A stretch of 64,000 nt of DNA from Eledone cirrhosa (Eukaryota). Location of the stretch: positions 84,568,001 to 84,632,000 of the forward strand of contig OZ024747.1 of NCBI GenBank assembly GCA_964016885.1. The letters run 5' to 3'. This document shows positions 35,870-51,989 of the stretch, one piece after another. A model generated the notes under the pieces. That model searched no databases, was not told where the DNA came from, and was given only the letters and a program-made list of their open reading frames with translations. How positions within the stretch are numbered: the stretch's first letter is position 1; the number at the start of each line of letters is the position of its first letter. The position numbers and the translations under genes were made by a program.

Positions 35870-38800
35870 GTAGGTAATATACAAAATATATTCTTTAAAT
35901 ACAATGGAATTTTGTTCTTTATAGACACAACACACACACACATATATATATATAATAATAATAATGAGTTTAACCGAATATATATATATATATGATAGGG
36001 TGTGGTTTTTGTTCATGTTAGTGTGATAATAAATACCTTGCACACCTGAGGACTAATGCATGAATGTAACGGGGTTTCAAATATTCTTGTTACAGACCTT
36101 TCTTAGTTCTTGGTAGATTTTGTTTTCAGTTTTAATATCTAGCCATGTTGCTTTACTTCCTTCATTACAATTTATTTTATTGCCTCTTACTCCCAATATT
36201 TATTTTGTTTTATTATGAATATATGTATATATGTGTGAGTGTGTGTGTCCAGAAGAAGCACTCACCGAAACTTCGAAATCAATGTTACGTTTTCTTCAGA
36301 AAATAAATCCTACACTCTGCGCACATGTATTTGGTGCTCATTCAGTTATGTTTAAACATTTTATGAACACTAATATTTAAAATACCCACTCCAGTATATA
36401 TATTTATTTGTTCATTTGATTACATAGTTTAACATTGGATTTACGTTTAATACAACAATCCGTATACAATGTCTTATGTCAGAATACTGACAAGCCTCAG
36501 CAACAACTGTATGTAATAACTTTTTTTAATCTTCTAAATCCTTCAGAATGTTTCCTCGGTTAAGTGGAGATTTTAAACCAATATCTATCTCCTACACTGT
36601 GTGACTAGATAACTACTCTTCAATACTTAGAATATTCTTCTTTTTTTTTTTTGCCTTCGTTTGTCATTCTGACCCCACGATTCTCTCTCTCTCTCTCTCC
36701 CGAACACTAATTGCAGTATTCTTATTGTTGTCGACCGAAATTATATATGTAAATTATGTTTATATGGACAAATTTTCATTACACAATTGTTTTTAATCTC
36801 GTACATGGTTGACAGATATCCTGTAAAAACAATTCGGGTCTCAACAACACTTCCTTTTTTCGTCACCACCTACACGTGTGCATCTTCATGTGTGTGTGTT
36901 AAATCTTTGGATTAGTTTTCATATGGATAAATATATATTTATAAATTTGTGATATTATTATTATCTAAAGGGCGGTGGCATAGGCGTAATGTTACTGTGA
37001 CACTATAATACATGATATATCTAGTTCGGTTGTTTACGGTTCTGATCTCAATTATCCGGCATGCAATGACTCTTCTTACTTTTCATACAAGAGCAAACCA
37101 TGTGTACTGAAGCAGGATCTGCCGAACTAAAGGTAAACTATGATACTGTTTTACAATCGAAACAAAGAAGAACAAATTGGATAAATTCATATTTCAGTAT
37201 TTTATGAATACAAATGGTTGCAGAAGGAATTAAATAAATAGAAATATAAACAACTATGTCGGCTGTTAAATCTCTCTGCACTCTGTACAGGATGGTGGTG
37301 TAGGAGCATACTTTTAGAGAAAGAATAACTCGATATTTATTTCTTCACAGCTAAATGATTGGGATCAATTTAGAATTTCACTAAGCAGATGTTGTATGAT
37401 TTGAACTTGCGATTGATAAGTTGACAGTTCAGTACCTTATTCATTTCACCGATTAGATATTATCATCCCTTGAGGGTCCGTTCATAAGTTATTACTGAGG
37501 TATTGAGGTTGATAAAATTCGGTTCATTATCTAAGAAAAAATTGGCTTTTTGCCTAATTTTAAATGAATCATGTTTTTGGCAATACACTTGTGGGATTTC
37601 CCTGTCTTTTTCAGTCATTTTTCTTTAAAATAAATCTGCTAAAATTGTTTGTTACTTTCCTTAACAGTTTGTCTTTTAATGATGCAACCTGCTGTCTACT
37701 GAAAGCCATATTGTTTTTATTCGTGGACGCTGGTCACTCATTGATTAATAATGTTCTGTAACTGGATGAAGGCCACATATTTTGGGAATGGGGTCTAGTT
37801 GATCGAAACGATTATTGGTATTTTATTTTTTTATCGGTTCCAGTGATGAAAAACAAATCGCCCTCGACAAAATGTGAATTTTGACACAAAGGGACGTAAC
37901 TAAAGGTAACTTAGTCCGGCATTTTCCCGTTTCTATCACACCACACTTATAAGGATTAACTGCTGTAAACATTAACTTGGAAGTAATTCACTAAAGCTTT
38001 TAATGCTCTTTTGGGTAAGGCATGAATGTCACTATTTTACATTTCCATTCTTTTATGAGTATGTTTTTCTTTTTAGTTTTAACATTAAAATGATTACTAT
38101 CATGGTGTCGTAGCTTTGTGTTAACCAAATACATAAATCGTTCGAATTCCGATTTTAACTTAATGGAAAATTCTTAGAAAAACGAAGGTAAAGTGTATCT
38201 TTGTAAAAATATAAATAACATCTAGGTGTTATTTTCATTATTTCTTTTTCATAAGAATTAACTTCATTGATTTCATATAACTTTAGAAATTTATTTATAA
38301 AATAACACTAAATACATAGGACTGGTTTTTCACATACGGATAAAGCTTCAAATTTATAAAGGAACTGAAACCGAGTTGCAGATTTTGTTCGCCTTACACT
38401 GTTATGTAGGAGAATCAATGATTTATTTTGTAAGAGTTGACTGATTCGACCTCTTCATCGGCCAGTATATTTATGAGAGGGTAAATCTATGTCCCCGTGG
38501 AAGTTGAGCATGAGTTTATACTGTGTTATATTTATTTGTCGATCCCGGTGGCCATTGTTATTATTGGGAGGGTCAAGTATATCACTCGCCCATTTTGTAT
38601 TTGTTTTATCTTTTTATCTTTGGTCTTTGTTAGAGACTTGAAAAAGTGTTGAAAGCCTTAATTCTCTGTACATCTACTATTATGTTTCCAATTGAGAGGA
38701 CGACCATATGTACATTTTCAGACTTTTCTAAACACGAGTAGTTGAAATTTTTCATACAATGAATTATTTCCTTTATAGGTAGGTGTAAAGCGGCATATTT

Positions 38801-39871
38801 ATGTGGTTTAAAGGAAATGAAAAGTTTTAAATTAAATTTCATGCCTCCTCTGACACACACACGTCTAAGCAGATATAACTGGGTTTCAAATTTTATAGTT
38901 GAGAGCTTGTTTCCTTCTCTTACACTATTACATGTATGTACATATGGTCATTTGCATATCCAGCATTATTTTGATTGAAGTTATGTTTTTTGGGACATTT
39001 TAATACTTCTGCCCATTTAATGATTTACTTTAATTAAACAGGCCTTTTTTAATGTTGTGTACATCCAATTAAATCGTACTGTTGGTTCTTTATGTTCTGA
39101 ATTCAAATGCTATCGAGATTAACTTTGCCTTTCATTTTTCTGGGGTCGGTGTAATCAACTCCTTTAAAAAATTGCTGGTCTTGTGCTTCATTTAGAAATC
39201 ATTATTATTATTTCATCGATTTGAACTCGGAAAATATGAACGCTTGGGACATATCGATGTTTTTGTTTATCTGCCAACATCATTTTGTTTATTGTTCACT
39301 CATTGGTATATTTTCAATATCTGACCATCTGTTTCACTATGACTGCTTTTCCACCATCAATCACTCTACAATTAATCGACTATATACCTGTTAACCAAAG
39401 ACTGTTTTGTTCGTGTTTAATCAAAATTAATTTTTCATTGGTCACTAAACAGAAATTTTGTAGTCGATTGAATGCTACTACTTATTTTATCGACCTCTGT
39501 TAATATATAAAACTACTATCGATAACTAGATGAGGTGATAGTAATCGAGGTGGTGGTATATTTTTGTGACTGTTTTAGAAGGCTTTGAACCGTCACGATA
39601 TTCTGACCATGCGGAAGGAGAATTTTGAGTGTTTGTTTTTCTTACACATCTCCCCATCCTCTTTATAATGGTAGCATTTCAATTACTTAAAGAACCATTG
39701 TGGTGGTTGTATGTGTGTGTGAAACTGCATGTTCTAAAGATAGGAAATACCACTGCTAAAATACGTAGCTAAATAACTGTAGCAATTACGTATTTTTAAG
39801 TCTTCAGGAAACTCGGTATTCTCGTATGTTTCACAATCTATACCAGTCTTACATCCTCCAAGAGAAATAAT

Positions 39872-40001
39872 TGTTTCTACTACTGGTACTTTATTTTATC
39901 GACCCCGTAAGGATGAAAGGCAAAGTTAAACTCGGCGGGATTTGAACTCAGAATGGCAAGGGCCGTAACTCTATGCGTCAAAGCATGACGTCCGATCCTC
40001 T
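39872..40001 (-). mobile_element. Young SINE copy with 12-bp TSD
   Basis: aagagaaataat at 39860-39871 and 40002-40013. Confidence 0.85.
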
Positions 40002-40697
40002 AAGAGAAATAATAGCCTTTAATTATGGCCCTTCAGCATCATTGACCTGTGTCATATCTCTATAACTGAGGCCAGCTTTACTGAATTCCCATACATATGT
40101 TCACTTCTTCTTCTTTATATATCTACTTAAAAATTCATTATATTCAGTATTTTTTATTTACCCCATCTTATTTCAAAATTGATAATTTATTCAGTAAATA
40201 GATTGCTGCTTCTATTCATTAAACATGAGTGAAGTATCATTTTTGATGTCTTTCTGAACAGCATCTCTGCTAAAGAGACTAATGCAAACATAGGTGACAA
40301 TCTACCTTTTTTTTATAGGTGGATCATGATTACACATTAGGTTTTGTTCGTAGGCAAGACACTATCTTAACAACCAAGCTGGTAGCATATGTAGTGTGTT
40401 TAGAACAGACAATTGATAATCCATGAACTACACATAAGACCAGTGTAGGCCGGGTTGATGCATAAATGTACTAATTGTGTATGTAGCTTTTATTAATCAT
40501 AGAATAAAATTCGTTTTTAATTCGTCCCACTTTCGGTAACTAACTTTTGATGTGACACCCCAGTAGTCAGTTTTGCCTTTTTTGGCCCTCTCCTCTTCCA
40601 AAACTATCAATGGGTTATTCCTGTCCTTAAAAATAGGAATAAGGTAGTAAACAATAACAATTACGAGGTTAAATGATTAGGGTTGAATTAGTCTTAA

Positions 40698-41067
40698 CCC
40701 TTTCGTTATAATATACACTGGATTTAATTAATGAAGAATTTGGAGGGACTTAACTAAAATTATTTCATTATTGGCAGTATCGGTAGAGGGTCGGACGCCA
40801 TGCTTTGACGCATAGTTACGGCCCTTTTCATTCTGAGTTCAAACCCCGCCGAGGTCAACTTTGCCTTTCATCCTTACGGGGTCGATAAAATAAAGTACCA
40901 GTAATGCACTGGGTAATTGTTGGCCTTGTGCCAAAAGTAGAAATAATTATTTAGTATTTGTAACAAACTTAAGTTTTTGTTGTTGTTTTTTTCGTATATT
41001 GGGAGGTTTTAATTAAAAATGGGTAGTTTTGTTTCATAGAACCAGAGCTGGGTTGGTAACAATACGG
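40698..41067. mobile_element. piggyBac-like MITE family B interrupted by a young SINE (40773-40951)
   Basis: TTAA-CCCTTT...CGG-TTAA. Family B also at ~21874, 29795-30040, 60086-60277, 61520-61655 and 62367-62582. Confidence 0.7.
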
Positions 41068-42090
41068 TTAACAAAACATTTGTTGAATGTATTGAGAAAA
41101 TGCTTTAGTACCGTTGGTAGTTGTCGAAAGTTCATCTCAACGGCTGAAGACCTTGGAGTCTTTCATTTGTCGTTTTTGCCATTAAATTCTTTTAAAGGTT
41201 TTAACCCTTTAAAAAAATAATTTTTTATTCTGTCTTGTTTTCCGTTGTCTTCTCTTTGTTAATTATCCTTATTTTTATGCTACGAAAATGCACCCTGTTC
41301 ACTCCTTAAGAGTGATTGACGACAGGAAGGGCGCCCCGCTGTAGAAACCATGCCTAAAAGGATTGAGAGGACCCTTTAGTTGTCAATGACATAACCTCTC
41401 TAGTGTTGGTGATCTACATGATAAATGCTCTCAATACATACTATAAAGTGGTTGGTGTTAGTAGAAAGCTTGCCAAACAAGGGGTTAGGAGGACCCTAAA
41501 GTTTGTGTTAAAAGACTAGACAATTTCTCCTCTGCACTTAATATGACCATACATAAGCGGGATACAAACCCCCCAGCTTGTCTGGGAAGTCAGTAGCCCC
41601 GCTTCAGTACTGACTTGCTTTATGTAGACCCATCCAACCCTTGCCAGCAGAGAAAGAGCACAATAATGTAAACAAAATGAGCTGAAAATATGGCTTACAT
41701 ATTAAAATAAAATATGTATACCTCTATCTTCTCTTCATCTACATACATATATATGTATATATATACCATCACCATTTAACAGCTTCTATATATAATGTTA
41801 TTAGAAGTGCAAAGAGCCAAAATAAATCACCGTACCACATTTTTCATGACACTAACAATTCTGCCTTTGTACCACCCTTAATAATTTACTAGTTTTGGCA
41901 CAAGGCCAGTAATTTGAAGGAAGAGTTGATTAAATCAACCCCTTAAGGATGAAAAGCAAAGCTAAGCTCAGAGGCATTTGAACTCAGAACGTAATGACCC
42001 CTAACTAAATACTGCAAAGCATTTTGTCCAATGCCCTAACAATTCTGCGAATCCACTGCTCTGCCACCCTTAATAATAATAACTCAAGGA

Positions 42091-42131
<41 letters not shown>

Positions 42132-42462
42132 GAAATGTGTATTGTTGGTTTAATACATATGGCTATAAGAGCAGATAAACTTATACAAAATTACATGGAT
42201 ATAAAGTTTCTATATGCTCTCAACCATTATATTATTTACTTTTTCTTATACATTCTGCTTATGTGTTATTGGATGTCTGGACACACACTTGTAGAAAATA
42301 ATTAATTCATGCCACTCCCCCACCCTCCACCCCAAAAATGTCTTCTTTGCTATTATGAGAGAAAACTCCCAGATAGCTCTCTTTAAGGTAAATAGATCTC
42401 AACAGCTTCCTTTGTGACGTCACTGAACAGCATTGTATCTGTTTTTCATTATGTATTTTAAG

Positions 42463-42529
42463 GTTGAGAGTAGCACTTGATAGTGGAGGGTGGTTGGTGA
42501 GGCGAGATATTAGCCACTTGCACCTCAAG
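42463..42529 (+). CDS. Gene 2 candidate exon 2 (LRVALDSGGWLVRRDISHLHLK; phase 2 to 0)
   Basis: Acceptor tttttcattatgtattttaag|G, donor AAG|gtaatt, 67 nt, open frame, GC-richer than flanks. Confidence 0.5.
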
Positions 42530-45500
42530 GTAATTTGAAAGCCTCTTAAAAGCCTGTATGATCTGAGAACTTTGATAGAAGCAAAGCCTGTGAGTGAATG
42601 AGTGTATATGTACTTGTATACCTGCACATGTAAGCTAGTAGGTTTATGTAAATATATATTATGTGTATATATATATATTATGTATATATATATGTGTGTG
42701 TCATGTGTATATAAGTATATTTGAATATATGTAATGTTATAATGCCTAGATTTTTGTTACAGAGAATCCTTGTAATGTTTCATTTGGTGTGTATGTGTGA
42801 GTGTAGGTACATAATATATGTTTATATATAATGCATGTGTGTGCATATATATTTACATACATGCCTACATAAACATGCACACACAGAAAAACAATTATTT
42901 AGGTGCTATTATAATGTTATAGTGAACCAAGAAATATCTGCAGTAATGATTAGATTATGCTTCACTGAGGAGGTCTAGTTAGAGTAAAATGTGTCTTGAG
43001 TGGTCACTGTACTGCCAAAGATAAGACTCATTCTCTTTTTGTGTGTATACATGTGTTCAAGCAATGTATTGGTTTCCTATGAAAGACTTCAACTAAAGAT
43101 TTATAACATTAAAAATAAGATTTCTAGGCATTTGAAGGGCTTGAAAAACGTTTCTAATGTTGGTATCAATAAATTGCACTTGGTACACTTTGTTTTTGTG
43201 ATAGACTGGTAACATTGTAGAATAGAAAACTCTTTAATTCCACCAAGGACATGGCAACTTCCTTAGTGTTGGGGGCCCACAGTAAAATGCACCCAATATA
43301 CTCGATAAGAATAATAATCTTGTGTTATTTTGCTATTACACTGAGACATAAGACATAAGTTGTCTTACTTTTTTCTCATTGCTTTATTTTATTGTAGATT
43401 AATATTTAAATTGAGAAGTGAGGAGGGTTGCAATGTGAGGCTAGCAACCTTAACTCTATTTATCAAAATTGCTACAGAAACTATGAAAGTCACCCAATAT
43501 TCCATAGGGAACAAAATCAATTAAAGAAGCAGAGTGGTTTGTGTTAGGAAGAGCATCTGGTTGTAGAAACGATGCTAAAAGAGGAATGTTTGAGCAAGAC
43601 AACTCCCAACCCATAAGGAAGGACAGTAACTCAACATAAATGCTGACCAACATGGAAAAATGAATGTAAAATAATATGGATACATGAGTTCACAACTGAG
43701 TTGATCTCCTTATGTAGATGTGGATTGTCATGAGCAAGTCAGTTCTGGTCCTATCATATATGGTGTCCACTGTTGGAATGATGACTGGCTAATATTTGCA
43801 TTGGATGTATATGGTCACATGGGTGGCCTCTTTTTGCAATGCTGTGGAAGCACTCGGTGAACACTGACAAAAGTATTAGTACATGCCTGGTGCTTAGCCA
43901 AATCTGACTCTGAAAGAATTTGAATTTATAATGTGGTCTATTTGTTTGAATATTGGACTTGTTCAATTCCTGGACTGGGTGACACTTTGTGTTCTTGTGT
44001 AAAACACTTCATTTCACATTACCTCTCATGATAGGACTTGGGCCCCTATCATCCTTTAATGATTTAGAAAATATTTTAAAATGAACTTCTTAATTCAAAT
44101 GTTTACAGTATCTTTACTAGTGGGCAGATAGTTGTGAAAATTTGCAGTATTAGAGTAAAACCTTTTAAAAAGAATTTTAATGTCATGTAGTCATAGTGTT
44201 GTATTGTATTTAAGAATGTCAGTGCAGTTTCAGGTGGTACAGTACATGAAAAGTTAAATCACACGAGGAACCTTTTTCGATATGTAAGCTTGTAGGAGGA
44301 GAGCTACACCTACATAAGTGTAAGCTGTAACTTGAATTTCAAGAAATTTTTTATAGGAAAAGGCAAAGCATGTAATGTAATTTAGTCAGGCACTGTATTA
44401 TTTCAGCCACTAATAATTTCTGTTGCTATGCTTTGGGGAAAGGCATAAATATTACACGCTTCCACTTCTCAAACATCTGTGGCTTTGTGTCTGTGAATAG
44501 TTATTACAGCCTGTGGTTCTCTTCTGGTGTGTGTAGGTATGTGTGTGTGTGCATATATATATATATACACACACATATACACTCATAAATAATTGTTAGT
44601 AATTGATTTTACAGTATAATGCCTAGCTGTTGACATTTCCATCAGATAATAAACTACTGATAACTTCAATATTTTGCTGATTTTATGTGTAGCTACTTTC
44701 AATTTTTATATTTAGATGTTATCTAACCATTAACATTTTGTCTAGCTAACGACTTTGCACTAATCAATTAGAAAATTGGATCTATTACATCCCAATAAAT
44801 TATGCATGTGGTAGTAATATTAATAATAAAACAATTAGAATAAATGATAATGATATAGATTGTATGCCTTTAAGCTTATGATTTGAGAATAGGTTACTAC
44901 TTAATATTTGGAATTAGCTACCAGATTCATTTGTTTTCTGTTTTAGTGGGTTGGATGGGTCTGCACAAGTTTATCTCCATTACTTTTTACACTACACCAT
45001 TTCAGCAGTTACTGCTAATTTTCAAAGGTCCTCTATTTTTATTTCTACTAGAATTTTGTCTACTATCAGCTGGTAGTTTTTCACTGCTCAATCCATTGAG
45101 CAATTATTGCTTATGTATTCACCAAATATTTTATTTATAAGTGATGTAGCAGAAATGTTAGAGCACTAGACTAAATATGTTACAGTATTTGTTTCTGTCC
45201 TTATATCGGTCTGGTAACAGAGCTCGATAAAATAAGCAACGATCATGTGCTGGGATTGATTCAATCAACTATATCCTCTTATAAATTTATGGTCTTATGC
45301 CAATGTAAGGTATCAGTATTGAAACTTCATGATTTTTAGCCTTCATATTTATATAAGAAACTTGTGTAGTAGCTGTCAAAAATGACAGTTTATTTCTTTA
45401 TTCTTTCAGTAGTTTTTAGCCTTTCTGTTTCAAGCCTTGCTCCATTTTTTTTTTTACTTGGGTTTCATTTTGTTGGCTAATTTGAGTGCTTGGCTGGCTA

Positions 45501-48500
45501 CAGGTTATTTCTCTCTCTTACCTATTTATTTAATTCAGCCACTGTTCTCTCCTACATTATTTTATCCTTTTACCTCTCTAGTTCCTTCCATATCTATTGT
45601 CGAGTTCTATCTTTCCACCTCTCTTTTCTTACCCATGCTATCTTTTCTTCGTTCACCCTTGCTTACCTCTCTCTTTACTTCTTTATCTATTCCCCTAACT
45701 AACCATTTCTCTCTTCCTCCTTCATACTCTATCAGTCTCCTGTCTATCTAATCCACCTCTCTTTCTCTCTCCTCCACCTTTCTCAACCACAGCTGTTGAA
45801 AAAAAAACAACAAACAAAATAAGGGACGCATTGATTATTAAATTTCAGCTTTGTCTGACTTTACTTTTCATTTCTCAATTTGATTTAAACCGGCTGTATC
45901 CGGCCAGAATTCTCTCACCTCTTTCTGTTCAAACCGACTGTAACCGGCCACTCATACTAATGTTAGATAATATCAACACACAATCTAGGATTCTAAATTA
46001 ATTTCGAAAATGATTTGGTGGGGTTTAGTAAAATAATTTAACTTTCTCATTAGCTGGTGTTTGGAAGATAACTTAACAAAGGTTCTGACATAAAATTATG
46101 ATGGAAGGTTTTTGAATAACTAACATTCTTTAAAGCAAACAGTTTTGTATTGTATAACGAGAGGTGGTTTCAGGTGAGTTATCATCAAAAGAGTTAAATA
46201 AACTTTCATAATTCCTTTTATATTTATTGTACTTCACTTCTTGATGTATATTGTTATTCACTGAAATACCTTTATCTATTAGAGTGCATCCAATTTTTTT
46301 CTTGTTTGGTGTGTACTAATATTAATGAAATATTTGATTTGTCTGCATATACTGTATCGATAGGAATTCATTCACATATATTGTACTTGGCTGCTTGCTT
46401 TGTACCAGTTTTTACTGATATTATTTGCTGCTGTTTACATGTACCACTATTCACTGTTTACCAATGTATGGCATTTCTTTTCAAGCTAAATTTAATTTAT
46501 TTTATTGTCATCATGATTACTGTAATGTAACTGTATGATTTCATTCCTGATTCCAATACATATTGTGTGTGTGTGGCTGGATGCAAACAAATGTTCTGAA
46601 TTAAGCACTGGGAGTGTTTGAAATTTGAAAATATGAGCTTCCCAAATGCAGGAAATAACTGCAACAGTTGATCATGGTTTCAAATTTTCACACCTATATA
46701 ATAGGTTTCATCTATTAAATTTCATACACAAGGCAGTGGTCAATCAAAGACTGTAGTAGAAGGCACTTAAGGTGCCACCCAGTGGGACTGAACTGAAAAC
46801 CATGTTATAAAGCAAACTCCTTAACCGTACAACCTTGCTTGTATCTGTAGCTACATCTAGGATGTTTACCTATTCAGTCTCCTGAATTAGAATGGTCAAA
46901 GATCTATGGTATATTGAAGTTTATCTGCTTTGCCAAATTACTGATATAAATAATTAATGTATTTTTATGTGATGCCTGCCTGAAAGGAAAGTAGGAGGAA
47001 ACTTGTTTGATTCTGTGTTCTTCAGTCAGTCACTTATGAGTCACCATTTTGAGATCTATCATTTGCTCTATTGAGTCATGTTTCATTCATAATTACCTAA
47101 TTACTATTATACTTAATTTATGATTATTTCAACTAAATGATATTCAAACAACTGTTATTATCCATATTCTGTTCAACTTATTTCCTATTTCTGTTGGTTG
47201 CCAAAGCTCTCTGTATCATTCTGCTAGTGTTGACTGACCAATTATCTGACTATATATTAAAATGATTACTCATAGAGCTTTGTCTCTGTGGTAATACACA
47301 TTGTAGTTTTCTAACTTTCAACATGGTTAATTTTGATATAGGTACTCCAGCAGTGGTGGGGATTGGTAGAGCTTCGTAAAGTGCTATTGCAATATTTGTT
47401 TGGGCTCTTTACATTCTGAGTTCAAATCCTGCCAATGTCAGCTTTGCCTTTCATCCTGCCGGGGTCAATAAAATATAGTACTGCGGTTCATTTAATCAAC
47501 TTTGCTCTTCCCCAAAATTGCTGGCCTTGTGCCTAAATTAGAAATAAATATATAGGCACTCCTCAAGATAACCATTTATATTTTCTATTTGCACTTTCTA
47601 TTAGCATCCATTATGCTACATTGCTGTGCTTTCTTTCTTTGTCACCTGTCACATGATGAAAAACAATTTAAGAAAACAAGCCTCCTCCATAGCCTTGTAT
47701 GATGATGGTTTCATTTTATATTCACCTTCGTTCACAAGACAAAAAAAGCATTTCCAATCTGGGCCCGCCTAAAAAAAATCAAATCCCTATTACAAAATAC
47801 TATCTATAAAATGCACTAGTGTGTTTCGTGTTATAAATTTTGTTATAATCTATATTTGTGTTGTAATATAAAAGAAAAATTTTTAAATATTGTTAAATAT
47901 GTAGAATAATGACTAAATAAATGTATTATGAGTAATGCATATAGCCACCTCTCTGGTTATATGCAGTGGTCTTCAAGTTATGTCCATATTGGCTTACAGC
48001 TGATTGGTTGGAATGAAACCTGATTATAAATTGGGCAGTACTATAATGGAAATTTTACAAATACAATATGTAAGAGGTACTTTGCTTTATTTGTTATAGA
48101 TGAGAGACAGTAAAAGTTATCTTGCCTGAATATTAAGATTTCTAGAGCAGCTGAAATCTGATATTACTTGAAATTATGCAAAAAGAGGATAGGTATATCC
48201 AAACTGTCTAGAATTATTATTTACTCGTTAGACTTTATGCTGGGGCAATGTCTTCAAGTGTTTTAGTTAATTATATTGTTTATCAAATTTTTGTTTACCT
48301 TGAGTCGCATTCCTTTTTAAGATTAAGGAATTTACGCCCGCATATGCAAACACACCTCTATGTGGTTGCTTGGAATAACAGTCAAATCACTCTCAATGGT
48401 TAATTCATATAGAGGAAAATATTTTGTGAATAGCAACTGTTATTTGTCCCTGTTTCAGTATATTTGTATACAGTAAAATTATTGAAATATTAGATTCTAC

Positions 48501-51500
48501 TAGTAACAGCATACAAGTCGATCAAGACTTGAATCTAAAGGAAATAAAAATAAAGTTTTCATCAGTAAATAATTCTATAATTCGTGTGTATTCTCATATC
48601 TCAAGTTATATGGATGCATCATGGCTGAATGTTTAAGTTCTTTTCACAATCAGAAGATTCTAGGTTTGCATCTTATACTATGGTCTTGAGTCAACCCAAA
48701 GCTCACAAGTGAAAATAGGTAGATTGAAACTTCTTAGAAACCTGTTGAATAAATTAAACCTGTGAAATGCTCAGCCACTTTCACCTTAATTTCCAATGAA
48801 GTCTGTTCCATTGACCATCCATTTATTTTTCATCTACACTTTTCTGTTTTCTTTCTAGTAGTTTTAAATTATTGATGGAAATAAATTCATTGTAGAAGTT
48901 AGTTGTAAAAAATACATTCAACTGTAAATTACATACTTCAATAAATAGTGTATTGTTACAGTTTAGCTGGCCTCCTGCAAGTTTGCATTTCATGGGAGGT
49001 TTGTCAGGTGTTTTAATGATAGGGTACCTCAGTCTTATGAAAAAGATACCGCTCTCCCTCTAGAACAGAAGTCAGACCATTGCAGAAGTTAACGCTCACT
49101 TGTGCTGGTACTCATTTTTAACCACTAGGCCATGTCCTGTCAATAATTCATATACATGAAAAATAGAGGTAAAATGATTGTCAGCCTAAATTAAACTTTC
49201 TGTGACTGTATTTCAGTTGATACATGGAGAATTTTTAGAGATTTACTAAAATTATAATTTCCTTACTAGGATAATAACTTAACATATGGTTCATATATAA
49301 AATTATATTTGGAAGATTTTAATTTAAATAGGAACCCTTTAAAATGGGTGGCTTTGTTTCATAGAACCAAAGTTGGCTTGTGGTGGGTTGGTATCAAAAG
49401 GGTTAATTTTAAAATTGCTGGATAAAACCAAGCTTAAAAACATTTCTCTAGTTAGTCACCAAATCTCTTGTTCAAGTAAATTTGAAAGATTATTTTACAT
49501 GTGTTTTCATGCTGACAAATGTTGAATTAAAAAAAAATCCAGCTGGATTCTTCTAACTCATTCTTCTAACTCATTAACCATGAAATAATGATGCTATATC
49601 TATTTTCAGCAACTTCAGGCTGAAAGCTTTATGGGTATGATAGAATATCTACAGCAATGCTTGATGCATTATATATAAACGTAACAGAACACCCCTATAT
49701 ATACCATTTGTCAGCAACTTTATAATCAGATCAGCATCCAACTAATCATGGTGTTCAACATTTGTTCCGAAAACTAATTAGTGTGTGGTTAAGCACTTTA
49801 TGTTCCTTTTGTTTCTAGCAGAATTATTTTTAGAGTAAATTTGCTGTGATGGATCGACTGACAAATTGATGGATTGTATAGATCTTCTGTTCACTCATTG
49901 ATTTTTACACATTTTCAAAACCTACTTTTTTGAATATGCATCTGAGATTGCTGATAGGCTAGAAGCATTAGAAATGAAAACTAAACACTAATGTATCTTC
50001 CATTAGACAATAAATCACAAAAGCATTCTTCTTCAGCATATTTTATTAAAATTAGCAATTGTTATGCAAAAAGCATATCAAGATTGAAAGAGTTAAAAGT
50101 TGAACATGTTTATGAAAAAAGACAGTATCAAAATTATCTGGACACAGGATCTGACCAGTAACTGTTCTTTGATGGTGGTTGAGTATGCCTCATGATCTTG
50201 AATTTGCACAAGAATTGATAAAATCACTGATATTAAACTAGCCTTCTTTTTTAATGGTCTTAGTTGTTAGACTGCAGTCATGCTGGAGCACCACCTTGAC
50301 TAGTCAATCATATCAATCTCAATACTTATTGTTACTTAGTGTATTGATCCACGTTTTTTTTTTTCTTTTTTGTTAAATCGCTAAGTTACAGGACATAAAC
50401 ACAGACACGGATGCACACATATAAATACAATTTTGCTTTCTGCAGTTACTGTCTACCAAATTGGTCAACCTGGGGCTATAGAAGACACTTGACCAAAGTG
50501 CCATGCAATGGGACAGAAATCAGACCACATGGTTGCTAAGCAGTCTCCTTAACTACACAGCTGTGCCTGCCAGTGGTGATATTTTGAGTACAAAGCCAAT
50601 GAAGATCATTATATTCCAAATATTTTCAATAGATTTTCTGGCATAGGTAGCAAATTGACTGAGTGGTTATGACATTGAATTAAATATCTTAGTATTTGTT
50701 CTGGCTCAGTTTGTTGAGTTCAAATCCTGTCAAAGTCAACTTTGCTTTTCATCTTTTCGGGGTTTATAAAGTACCAAATTCAGTGACAGTGGACAGGATG
50801 CATTGCATTATCTGATCTGGTTGTGTGTTCTGAGTTCAAATACCACCCCTTCTGCCAGTAGTTGTGACTGGCAGATAGTATCAGCAATGGAAAGACAAAT
50901 AGAAATGTCATTTCCTTGTCTGATCTGACAATTGTTAAATACATCTTTTATTCAAAAATATATTTACTTTATGCAGTATTTTCCATTAGTCGTCTCCAAA
51001 AGTATTTCGCTTATCATGCTATGCATCTGTATGAATGTAAACAAACTTTATCTAAGATTAGTTTTGAAAATTTACATTCCATTATACAAGATTTATTAAT
51101 GTTTTGTAACTATATTATTGAAATTGGTTAAAAATCAAATTTAGTATAGGACATTTTCTGTGTCTAGTGACTTGATTTTCATTATAAAAAGAATATAAAT
51201 ATCTATTGTTTTCTATGGCTATTTATCATGCTTGATTTCTCTGAATTCAGGCTATATTTTATAAACATTTAAAAAATTTAATCTAAATATTTCATCCTAG
51301 ACTGCAGTATTTAGTAAGTTTGACTTGTGTCAGTTCTAACAGGTGCATCCTCAACCTTCAACAGAAGCTCATGCATGGCAATCATTGATGTCTGATATAG
51401 CTATTGTCAGCCAGTTAGAATTCTAATGGTGGACATCATATGTGCAAGGATCAGATATTAGCATAAGATGTGATTTGATAGTGCTAATCTGTGTTTCAGC

Positions 51501-51989
51501 TATCTGCCTTGCTGTTTATGCCATTTCAGAAGGGGCTCTTGTGTGACTTGTAAGTTATGGATATGTTGAGAAACAGTAAGTAAGCCTAGTGTTTTTGATA
51601 AACAAATGGAGAAATTGATCCTGACAGGATTTTAAATTAAGTCTAAGAAGATGGAAGAAGCTATATTGCAATATAATTTTCCTCATCTCTTATTTTGACA
51701 ATTTCCAGTGTATGTGTGTATTTATACATACTCTTTTATTTTACTGGTTTCAGTCATTAGATTGCAGCCATGCTGGGGCATTGCCTTAGAGGGATATTTA
51801 GTTGATCATATTGATCTGTTTTATAGATCAGTCTTTTGTTGAACCACTAAGCAAACTCCATAACTGAACATCCAGTAAAGTAAAAACAAATGAAAATAGA
51901 GTTGACATCTCAAACAGAAATACCATCATCAATTTTATTGACACAGTAAGCAGGTTCTTTCTTTTTATCTATTTTGTGTATGTGTGTAG

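Noticed and set aside
39745-39822. Hammerhead-like layout with aatacc/ggtatt stem and internal hairpin
   Set aside because: Core is CTGCTAA and stem III is absent; too degenerate to call. Similar partial motifs near 30800 (minus) and 36247 were also rejected.
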